Under the pieces are notes generated by a model that was not told the DNA's origin, made no database searches, and saw nothing but the letters and a program-made list of their open reading frames with translations. 32,000 bases of DNA from Candidatus Micrarchaeum sp. GTDB lineage: Archaea; Micrarchaeota; Micrarchaeia; Micrarchaeales; Micrarchaeaceae. Below are positions 1-7,271 of this stretch, in pieces. The stretch's first letter is position 1. Each line of letters begins with the position of its first letter. The DNA lies in the NCBI RefSeq assembly GCF_016806735.1, contig NZ_CP060530.1, positions 90,001 through 122,000 of the forward strand, given 5' to 3'. The translations under genes and the position numbers were made by a program.

Positions 1-42
1 CGCTAGCTTTGCCGAGGTGTATTGTTGGAGCTTTGGGAACAA

Positions 43-615
43 ATGGCAGTAAACATAATGGAGAAAAACAAATTCAAATTTTCCTCCACATTTGAGGCAA
101 ATGTCGCAGCCGCTCTAGACCTGATGGGCATTGGATTCTCCTACAAAAGCCTTCAATTCTATCTAAACAGCAACGAAGAGGTCATAACATACACTCCTGA
201 TTTTGTGCTGACCGACGCGTACAACGACAAAACCGTGCTCATAGAGACGCATGGCAAGAGATACATAGATAAAAGGTTCATAGAAAAGATGAATTCTTTC
301 AAGCATAATCCCGTAAGCTCGCAGTATCACCTTATACTCATAACAGACAAAATGCCCAAGAAGCCGGACAAGCTGAAGATAGAGCTTAAGAAGTACGGGT
401 ATGGAGCGAAGGACATATGCGACGAGGTCTGGTACATACCCTATAACGTCGTGTTGGGCATGCAGCTGCAGCTCAAGAACGAGCAGGGCTCCATATATGG
501 GCTCCTGAATAAACTCCGCAAGGAAGAACTATCGCCAAGCAGTACAACGCTTTTAAGGAGCGGGCATGGCAATTCCGAATCTTGGCGCAGGAGCGCTTCG
601 AAAAGCATATCGTGA
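43..615 (+). CDS. Hypothetical protein with a PD-(D/E)xK endonuclease fold (TnsA-N/Vsr/DUF1064-like)
   Basis: The track ORF 22..615 opens at TTG, and the first in-frame ATG is at 43. The motif series SSTFE ... YTPDFVL ... LIETHGK matches the E / PD / ExK core of TnsA-N/Vsr-type nucleases. The last ~30 codons (SPSSTTLLRSGHGNSESWRRSASKSIS) look like out-of-frame sequence (see finding). Confidence 0.5.
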   Translation: MAVNIMEKNKFKFSSTFEANVAAALDLMGIGFSYKSLQFYLNSNEEVITYTPDFVLTDAYNDKTVLIETHGKRYIDKRFIEKMNSFKHNPVSSQYHLILITDKMPKKPDKLKIELKKYGYGAKDICDEVWYIPYNVVLGMQLQLKNEQGSIYGLLNKLRKEELSPSSTTLLRSGHGNSESWRRSASKSIS

Positions 616-633
616 ACTTCCAATAAGCGGATT

Positions 634-767
634 CGCCAGGGTAGGGATTTGAACCCTAAAGCCCGCGAGGGCACCGGTTTACCTGTCGCGCCTTTTCGCA
701 TCACTAATCAGCTCTTGACGTTTTGAAAACTCAAGACCGGCGCGTTACCAGATTCTGCCACCCTGGC
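634..767 (-). tRNA. tRNA-Ser(UGA) with a 50-nt intron after position 37
   Basis: Read on the minus strand. Acceptor stem is GCCAGGG/CCCTGGC with discriminator G. T-arm is TAGGG-TTCAAAT-CCCTA. Anticodon stem is CCGGT/ACCGG with loop CT-TGA-G[intron]A. The long variable arm TGCCCTCGCGGGCTT marks a class II tRNA. The insertion at 680-729 sits at the canonical archaeal intron site. The D-stem has only 2 Watson-Crick pairs plus a mismatch in my hand folding. Confidence 0.8.
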
Positions 768-913
768 ATATTGACAAGCATTACAGGTTTTGCTGAAAAA
801 GTATATAAAGCATTCAATAACTTTTCTGGGCGCTAGGGATTTAAACAAAACTGGCCGCTATTACTGCACACATCAACGTAATCTAATTCTGAAGCTATGG
901 CAATGGTGTTAAA

Positions 914-2620
914 ATGAACAATATGAGCGAGAGCCTGGAAAGGCTCATTGGATACATTATGAAAAAGGAGCCGCGCAGCGGCAGCACAGCCACAATCGAA
1001 GGCATAAGCGTAGGCGAAGCAATTGGCTACCCATCGATTCATACATTAATGTTTCACGGCGCAGAGAAAAAGGCAATACCTTTTGCGTGGAAACATGCCA
1101 AGGGCACCGTATACATAAAGCCGCATGAATACAACAGCCCGCACATAATAATAGCTGGAGCAAGCGGAAACGGCAAGAGCACCCTGCTAAAAAAGCTCAT
1201 AAGCGGGCTGGCTTCTTCAGGTACAAATATCCTTCTATTTGATTCAGACAGCGAGCATTATGATATAATAAGCGCAGTCAACGGTAAAACCATAGATCCT
1301 TTCAAAGACATAAACATATTCGCGCTTGACGGGCTGAGCGCCGGAGAGCGCATACAAGAGCTAACATCCATTTTTTCCGACGTATTCAATTTCGGTTACC
1401 TGCAGTCAAATTCACTGCACTCGTGCATACGTTATGCCTATTCTATTTCGGGCATGCGCTCCATATACCAAGCAAATATCGAAAACGTGCCAAGCATGGA
1501 AACATTGGTCAGGACAATAAATACATTCATTGCAAACTCCCGCACCGCAGCTGAAAAGTCAAGGCTTTATAGCATACTCAACAGGCTCGGCTCTTTAAAC
1601 CTGGGCCACGGAGACAGTTCCCTAGACGGCATAAATGACCTTTTCGAAGGCGTAGTATCAATACCCCTAAGGCACGTGAAAAGCCCCTATGCAAAAAGGA
1701 TAATAATGCACGAGCTTCTGCAAAGGCTATATTCAAGGATGCATTCGATGCCAATAACGCATAAACTTTCAAATTACATAATTATAGACGAGCTGGACTT
1801 TGTAATATCCGACTACGATTCGCAAACAGGAATAATAAAAAAGATAGTCAGAGAGGGAAGAAAGTACGGCATAGGTATAATCGTATCTACGCACATGGCC
1901 ATATCCCTTCCCAAGGACATGGTGGAGAACTCTTCATGCATAATTACTTTTGGTTCTCCGGACCCATCGGAAAGGCGATATATGGCTTCTGTAATGGCGC
2001 ATGGCGATCCGGCAATGGAAAAGTTTCTCTATGGCGATATATCCTTTCTGCAGAAATATCATTTCCTACTCTCATGCCCTGAATTCGCGCTTCCGGTGAA
2101 AATAACAATAAAGGTTGCAAAGCCATTAGAAAACAATAATCACGATTATCAAAATTACGCTTCTGAAAACGTTTTGAAGCGTCCAATGCGCAAAGAGGAA
2201 GCACTTAAGCTGGGTTTTACCGAAGAACAGATAGAATCGTTAAAAAAATCGGGAAAAATATCAAGCAGCTTTTCATCGGGTTCTGAATGGCTAATGACCA
2301 AAAATCCATCACTTAGCATAGGTCACGAGCTTGGAGTAAACGCAATCTGTTCATGGCTTTCCGCTAACGGTATCGAAAATCGTGCGATAGATAACAGCGC
2401 AGGTCCGGATGTTGTAGCTTATGCATACGGCAACAAAATGGCATTAGAATATGAAACCGGAAAGAAATCTGCATCGTCGACATCAAGAATGCTGGCCAAA
2501 AGGACAAGAGATTACGGATTCGTAGTCGTTATAGTGGATGAAAAAGCATACGGGTTCTACAAGTCTGCAATGGAAAAGGCAGGAATTCTAATAATATCGG
2601 ATCAAGAGATAAAGAAATAA
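914..2620 (+). CDS. HerA/DUF87-type P-loop ATPase fused to a C-terminal PD-(D/E)xK nuclease-like domain
   Basis: Walker A is GASGNGKST (aa 82-90), followed by LLFDSDSEHYD. Walker B is NYIIIDELDF (aa 287-296). REGRKYGIGIIVSTH is typical of the HerA/FtsK-like DUF87 core. The C-terminal ~100 aa (nt ~2306-2620) read GHELGVN...GPDVVAY...ALEYETGKK, which is restriction-endonuclease-like. Confidence 0.7.
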   Translation: MNNMSESLERLIGYIMKKEPRSGSTATIEGISVGEAIGYPSIHTLMFHGAEKKAIPFAWKHAKGTVYIKPHEYNSPHIIIAGASGNGKSTLLKKLISGLASSGTNILLFDSDSEHYDIISAVNGKTIDPFKDINIFALDGLSAGERIQELTSIFSDVFNFGYLQSNSLHSCIRYAYSISGMRSIYQANIENVPSMETLVRTINTFIANSRTAAEKSRLYSILNRLGSLNLGHGDSSLDGINDLFEGVVSIPLRHVKSPYAKRIIMHELLQRLYSRMHSMPITHKLSNYIIIDELDFVISDYDSQTGIIKKIVREGRKYGIGIIVSTHMAISLPKDMVENSSCIITFGSPDPSERRYMASVMAHGDPAMEKFLYGDISFLQKYHFLLSCPEFALPVKITIKVAKPLENNNHDYQNYASENVLKRPMRKEEALKLGFTEEQIESLKKSGKISSSFSSGSEWLMTKNPSLSIGHELGVNAICSWLSANGIENRAIDNSAGPDVVAYAYGNKMALEYETGKKSASSTSRMLAKRTRDYGFVVVIVDEKAYGFYKSAMEKAGILIISDQEIKK

Positions 2621-2621
2621 T

Positions 2622-2831
2622 TCATATTATATTCAGGAATCCAAGGATTATGAGCACAAGCATTATGACTATGTATATCCTAAGGAAAATGAAGGCGAAT
2701 TTGACCCATCCTCCTACCTTGGCCCGCTTTACCGGTATCTTGGAATAGTCTTTCAGCTTTTCCCTCTTAAGGAAGTTTTCCCAATCCTTATCGTTCTTTA
2801 TGAATCCAAACTCTTTTCCATCCAAAGCCAT
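2622..2831 (-). CDS. Small tail-anchored membrane protein (69 aa), hypothetical
   Basis: ATG start lies 9 nt downstream of the Nramp stop on the same strand. It has a charged N-terminus and a single C-terminal TM segment (FAFIFLRIYIVIMLVLIILGFL). No family recognised. Confidence 0.45.
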   Translation of the reverse strand: MALDGKEFGFIKNDKDWENFLKREKLKDYSKIPVKRAKVGGWVKFAFIFLRIYIVIMLVLIILGFLNII

Positions 2832-2840
2832 TCAAAACAC

Positions 2841-4229
2841 CTATAGCAAGTGCGGGAACACCAAGCTTAGCCCGTAAAGGCTGCTCATGCTCACCAGCAC
2901 AACCATTATCGTTATTATTGAAACGTTTTCCCATCTCTTGTTTACGCGCTTGCCCATGACCTCCTTGTCATTGACCAGAAGCAAAAGGAAAAGAAGTGCA
3001 GCAGGCATGAATATCGAAGCTATCACCTGCACCGTTATGTTGAGGAATCCCAATGGCACATTGGGTATGAGCACTATCGAAGCAGCTATGAACATGCTTA
3101 TTAGCCCTGGTATGTAGAATTTCCTGCCCTCAAGAAACGGCAGGTTTATGCTTTTGGGCCAGTTGAAAGCCTCTCCCACTGCCCAAGAGGTGCCTGCGGT
3201 CAGCGCTATTGCCGCTATTATCCCTGCATCAACAAGCCCTATGGCGAACAGCTCAACAGGAAGTGTCCCTATTTTACTGGCTATTGTTTTCAATATGAAT
3301 GAAATGTTATAGCTTGTTGTGGACGTTGTTGTCCCTACAATTCCAGATCCAAAAACAACGGTACCTGTAAGCACTATTATGCATATTGCGACCACTGCCA
3401 TTATGATTGCACCGACAAAAGTGTCTCTTTTAGCCGCTCCTATATCCTCCGGCACTGTGCCCTTGTCAACCTCAGAGCTCTGCTGGAAGAACAACATCCA
3501 GGGTGCAATGGTAGTGCCTATATTGGCCAAAAGCACATATATGAACAATGTAGTAATCCCTCCATTAATATGCCATGTGAGAAATGTGCTTGCCACAAGG
3601 CTCCAATCAGGGCGGGCGAAGAACACAAGCGGTATAAATATCATGTTGAAGAACGCTATTATAAGGCTGGCCCTCTCCCACTTGTGGTATCTCAATGTAA
3701 ACATAACCGTGGAAACAAACGCGATTCCTATTAACACTGCAAACAACGGCTTTACTCCAAATATGCTAAGCCCGAATGTTATGCCTATGAATTCTGTAAC
3801 CAATGTAAGCGAATTTGCTATTACAAGGTCGCCTAAAGAAAAGGCTCCCCAAAATGGCCCATACCTCTTCCATATCATCTCCGCATGGCCCCTTCTTGTA
3901 ACAGCAGCAAGCCTTACAGTCATCTCCTGGACTAAATAGGCAGTAGGCACCATTAAAACCATTAGCGGTATGAAGAACCCGAGCCCGAAAATCGAGCCTG
4001 TTTGGGCATATGTTATGACCCCTCCGGCATCGTTGTCCGCAACCATTACGAGTATGCCAGGGCCTATAAGCGCAAGTATCAGCATAAGCCTTGTGAATAC
4101 GCCTTTCCTGTGCCGCAGCCTTGTGACCTTAAGCCTGTCTATTGCCCTAAGCCTGATGTCTATTGGCAGCTCTTCAAGCTTTTTATTTATGTCGAACCCG
4201 CCATCGCCAATCGCATTTTCTCCATCCAT
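2841..4229 (-). CDS. Nramp/SLC11-family cation transporter with non-canonical (NRMT-like) metal-site residues
   Basis: About 11 TM segments. The TM1 motif VMVADNDAGG replaces canonical DPGN, and the TM6 motif GTTIAPWM replaces canonical GA(T/V)(V/I)MPH. The track ORF opens at TTG 4232, and the ATG is at 4229. Confidence 0.85.
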   Translation of the reverse strand: MDGENAIGDGGFDINKKLEELPIDIRLRAIDRLKVTRLRHRKGVFTRLMLILALIGPGILVMVADNDAGGVITYAQTGSIFGLGFFIPLMVLMVPTAYLVQEMTVRLAAVTRRGHAEMIWKRYGPFWGAFSLGDLVIANSLTLVTEFIGITFGLSIFGVKPLFAVLIGIAFVSTVMFTLRYHKWERASLIIAFFNMIFIPLVFFARPDWSLVASTFLTWHINGGITTLFIYVLLANIGTTIAPWMLFFQQSSEVDKGTVPEDIGAAKRDTFVGAIIMAVVAICIIVLTGTVVFGSGIVGTTTSTTSYNISFILKTIASKIGTLPVELFAIGLVDAGIIAAIALTAGTSWAVGEAFNWPKSINLPFLEGRKFYIPGLISMFIAASIVLIPNVPLGFLNITVQVIASIFMPAALLFLLLLVNDKEVMGKRVNKRWENVSIITIMVVLVSMSSLYGLSLVFPHLL

Positions 4230-4492
4230 CAAAAAGTATTGCCATAAAAGATTAAAAAGAGCATAGCAGTTAAGTCAAGCTTACAAAGCATAATGTAATG
4301 AGCATAACTAGGTCTAAATAATAATGACTCATAGTTTTCTGGTTCTTTGTATAATGTGTAATTAGGGTTTACATACAAATCAGAGTTTGCAGGTTGTAAA
4401 TAAAGTTCTAAATTATATCTTTTATTTTCATGTAGTGATATTCATTTTTATAATTATAAATCGATTAGTTGACAGAATACCGCATGGTATTG

Positions 4493-4525
4493 CTACCGAA
4501 AAAGCGAAACGCCGCTTTTCTGTAG
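4493..4525. promoter_or_regulatory. Imperfect 13-bp hairpin in an AT-rich divergent intergenic region
   Basis: The sequence is CTACCGAAAAAGCG-AAACGC-CGCTTTTCTGTAG. Hand pairing gives 13 pairs with one mismatch and one bulge. It is preceded by a second small hairpin, ATACC-GCAT-GGTAT. It lies 70-100 nt upstream of the CopD/HemJ-like gene start. Confidence 0.3.
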
Positions 4526-4595
4526 TTGATTTGTATTCAAAAAGAAAGTATTTAAGAATCAATTTCTTAATATTATTAAAAAACTTGGTGCTTAC

Positions 4596-5081
4596 TTGTA
4601 TCCTATATTAGAAGTGTTAAAATATCTTTTTATATGGGTACATCTTTTCAGTGCAATACTATTCATAGGTGGGTCTTTTTTCATGTGGCTGGTGCTTGTG
4701 CCTGGTTCTAAAGACGCAATAAAAGACGAGGCAGAGCGTACCATTATAGTTGCAAAGATATCAAAAAGATTTGCAAAACTTACATGGATGCTTCTTGCTA
4801 CACTAATAATTACAGGTATTGTAAACGCAATATGGTATATACCCAAAAATTTGTACAATGGTGGATATAACATTTATCTTGTCATTGCAATGGTAATCTC
4901 TACTGCTGTGCTTATAATCATGCTTTATGGCCCTGGGAAGCATTATGGTAAACTAATAGCTAAGTACGCAAGAAAAGGAGATTTGGAAAGCCTTACTAAC
5001 GTGCGTAAGAAGAGTACTCTTGTTTCTTACGTAAATCTTGCAATAATGGTTTTTATAACTATTATAGCTGCATTAATGTAA
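4596..5081 (+). CDS. 4-TM membrane protein, CopD/HemJ-like
   Basis: Four predicted TM helices. TM1 carries a conserved-looking His followed by GG (WVHLFSAILFIGGSFF), as in the CopD/HemJ superfamily. Start is TTG at 4596 (alternative GTG at 4614); the first in-frame ATG would truncate TM1. It ends 30 nt upstream of the co-oriented radical SAM gene. Confidence 0.6.
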   Translation: MYPILEVLKYLFIWVHLFSAILFIGGSFFMWLVLVPGSKDAIKDEAERTIIVAKISKRFAKLTWMLLATLIITGIVNAIWYIPKNLYNGGYNIYLVIAMVISTAVLIIMLYGPGKHYGKLIAKYARKGDLESLTNVRKKSTLVSYVNLAIMVFITIIAALM

Positions 5082-5110
5082 AATACAAAGATAAAAGCAT
5101 AAAAGTTCAC

Positions 5111-6235
5111 GTGAATTATATGGCATTCAACAATAAGCCAGTACTTGTATTCTGGGAGATGACAAACGTATGCCCATTAAAGTGCATACATTGTAGGGCA
5201 GATGCGATTAATTTTCCTGAAGAAGGGCAAATGAGTACAGAAGATGGCAAAAACTTAATAGAGCAGATCGCAGGATTTGGGACTCCGGCCCCTCTGCTGA
5301 TTTTTACCGGAGGAGATCCAATGAGCAGGACGGATTTGGAAATTCTTGTACAATATGCTTCAAGCAAAGGGATAAAGTCAGCAATCGCCCCTGCAGTATC
5401 AGAAAGTTTATCCAAGGAATCACTAAAAAGAATTAAAGAATTGGGAGTATTGTCAATTTCAATAAGTTTGGACAGTAGCGCTGAGGAGATGCATGACTAT
5501 ATCAGGGGTGTTCCAGGAACATACAAAAAGACCATACAAGCCATTAAAGACGCGTTAAGTATTGGTCTTAATGCGCAAATAAATACTGTCGTAATGAAGC
5601 ATAACATATCCCAGTTACCTGCAATATTTCAACTAATAAGAAATTTAGGGATTACAACATGGGAGGTGTTTTTCCTTATAACTACAGGCAGGGGAAGCAA
5701 TGCATTAGATATCGAGCCAGAAGATTATGAAAGCACATGCAACTTTCTCTACGACGCATCTCAGTATGGCGTTGTTATAAGAACAGTAGAAGCACCATTT
5801 ATAAGGCGCATTGTAAGACAGAGAAGAGAAAAAGGCATGTACTGGATGAACGATAAGTATAAATCGATGCGCGAAGACTTGTACATACGATGCGGCAAAC
5901 CTTTCACTACTAGCTCTATAAGTATGGCCGGCACGCTTGACGGCGACGGAATACTATTTGTATCGTACACTGGGTCAATATATCCTGGCGGTTTTCTACC
6001 TGTCGAACTTGGTAACATTAAACATCTTAACATTTCAACCGTATACAGGGACAACGAGCTTCTGCTTGATATAAGAAACAGGAAATTTTCAGGACCATGT
6101 GGCGCATGTTCAAATAAGGACGTGTGTGGCGGTAGTCGAGCTAGGGCATTCGCCTATGATGACAATATATTAGGATCGGATCCAGCATGCATATACACAA
6201 CAGAAGCTAAACGCTTTACAAAGAAGATATTATAG
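5111..6235 (+). CDS. Radical SAM/SPASM-domain protein (NirJ/AhbC-AhbD-like)
   Basis: CPLKCIHC is a CxxxCxxC cluster motif (nt 5171-5194) within VLVFWEMTNVCPLKCIHCRA. GGDP and WEVFFLITTGRG are typical of the NirJ/Ahb-like subgroup. The C-terminal Cys-rich SPASM region reads GPCGACSNKDVCGGSRARAF...DPACIY. Start is GTG 5111 or ATG 5120. Confidence 0.85.
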   Translation: MNYMAFNNKPVLVFWEMTNVCPLKCIHCRADAINFPEEGQMSTEDGKNLIEQIAGFGTPAPLLIFTGGDPMSRTDLEILVQYASSKGIKSAIAPAVSESLSKESLKRIKELGVLSISISLDSSAEEMHDYIRGVPGTYKKTIQAIKDALSIGLNAQINTVVMKHNISQLPAIFQLIRNLGITTWEVFFLITTGRGSNALDIEPEDYESTCNFLYDASQYGVVIRTVEAPFIRRIVRQRREKGMYWMNDKYKSMREDLYIRCGKPFTTSSISMAGTLDGDGILFVSYTGSIYPGGFLPVELGNIKHLNISTVYRDNELLLDIRNRKFSGPCGACSNKDVCGGSRARAFAYDDNILGSDPACIYTTEAKRFTKKIL

Positions 6236-6363
6236 CAGCTCAAGCCTACATTATATCGTATAAAGAGCGCAGATAACACATATATTCGCAATAAGACAGT
6301 CGGCTTAACGGCAGAAGATTAAAAAGGATGCATAGAATGCCTTTTACATAATGCTTAATGCCA

Positions 6364-7032
6364 TCATTGGCTAGAGCACGCCAAGCGCGATATAACGGCA
6401 TCCACAAGTATATCTATTGTGCTTATCTTTGGCAATGGCTCTTTATTCAACATTACTCCGAACTCTGTGCAGCCCAAAATTGCTATATCTGCCTTGGATG
6501 GCACATACCTGTTGCATATGTCAATCGCCATATTCGTGCTTTTGGCCTTTTCATAATTATTGCCCTTATTGAATTCGAAAATGGCCTCGGTGAGCATATC
6601 CCGCTCTTCAGCGCTGGGCCCAATGTGCTTTATTCCATCAAACCTGTATAAGCCCTTGCCCAATGTATTTGGCGTGCCCATTATGAACGTGGATCTTATA
6701 TCGTGTGCATTGAGGAACCCTTTAACTTCTTTGCGTAAGTCAAGTATAGGTACATCTATGCTCTTCTGGAGCTCCTTATGGTATATGTGTATTGTGTTGC
6801 ATACCATAACTATAAGCTCCGGATCAAGCGACGCAAGCTCTTTTAAGCCTTCAAAATACGGCTCTAAATCCTCATCAGAAATGTTGTCGTAAATCAACTC
6901 TGGAGCAGGTATGCTGTTTATGATTATCTGTGGGAAGTCCGCATTAGAACGAATCATTCCTCTGTTTTGCAGCCTTAATATGAGCTTGTTATAGAATTCA
7001 GATGTTGCTTCGGGGCCTATGCCGCCAAGCAC
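6364..7032 (-). CDS. Aspartate/glutamate racemase-family protein
   Basis: GGIGPEAT N-terminal motif and both catalytic Cys motifs (MVCNTIH, ILGCTEF) are present. The track start is GTG at 7032. The conserved first beta-strand (IRKLGV) is encoded just upstream with ATA where ATG is expected (see finding). Confidence 0.8.
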   Translation of the reverse strand: MLGGIGPEATSEFYNKLILRLQNRGMIRSNADFPQIIINSIPAPELIYDNISDEDLEPYFEGLKELASLDPELIVMVCNTIHIYHKELQKSIDVPILDLRKEVKGFLNAHDIRSTFIMGTPNTLGKGLYRFDGIKHIGPSAEERDMLTEAIFEFNKGNNYEKAKSTNMAIDICNRYVPSKADIAILGCTEFGVMLNKEPLPKISTIDILVDAVISRLACSSQ

Positions 7033-7206
7033 GCCTAATTTACGTATGCCACCGGCTTTCCCTAATAACTCCAGTCTTTGCAGAGCCTATAGCCATTGCC
7101 TCTTTGGGAAATTTTCCAGTTATAGTTGCCATACTACCAATCGTTAATCTAATATTATCAAATAATATAAATAGATATGCACTCTTAAAGCGGTTCGTCG
7201 CATTGC

Positions 7207-7220
7207 TAAGCAGCTGCTTA
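7207..7220. promoter_or_regulatory. Perfect 14-nt palindrome TAAGCAGCTGCTTA upstream of the coaD TATA-like box
   Basis: The sequence equals its own reverse complement and extends to 18/20 nt as GCTAAGCAGCTGCTTATCGC. It lies ~15 nt upstream of the AT-rich box ATATTTAAAAT (7235-7245), which is 27-37 nt before the coaD ATG. Confidence 0.3.
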
Positions 7221-7271
7221 TCGCTATGCTCATGATATTTAAAATTTGCATTGCCAGTTATCCGTGTTTAA

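Noticed and set aside
833-847. TAGGGATTTAAAC resembles the tRNA-Ser T-arm segment TAGGGATTTGAAC (642-654) and could be an att-like partial tRNA repeat.
   Set aside because: Only ~12 of 13 nt match, with no flanking similarity. It also lies on the 5' side of the tRNA, whereas integrase-generated repeats duplicate the 3' part downstream of the gene.
3319-3939. A 206-aa antisense ORF, plus shorter ones at 2887-3117, 3970-4266 and 4002-4247, opposite the Nramp-like gene.
   Set aside because: These are low-complexity hydrophobic or Ser/Pro-rich translations lying entirely within a strongly supported gene on the other strand. None has a recognisable motif.
4387-4611. A 74-aa ORF in the AT-rich spacer upstream of the CopD-like gene.
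   Set aside because: It opens at a non-ATG codon, and its Ile/Phe/Asn/Lys-rich translation is what very AT-rich non-coding DNA produces. It also overlaps the start of the downstream gene.
6306-6318. An exact 13-mer, TAACGGCAGAAGA, is shared between 6306-6318 and 7893-7905, with loosely similar flanks.
   Set aside because: Exact 13-mers are expected by chance several times in 32 kb (roughly N^2/4^13, counting both strands). The flanks diverge immediately, and the first copy is not in a meaningful frame.
7042-7131. A small minus-strand ORF, MATITGKFPKEAMAIGSAKTGVIRESRWHT, upstream of and out of frame with the racemase gene. It could be a frameshifted N-terminal extension.
   Set aside because: Asp/Glu racemases normally begin right at the MKxIGxxGG strand, so a 30-aa extension is not expected. 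The peptide has no recognisable motif.
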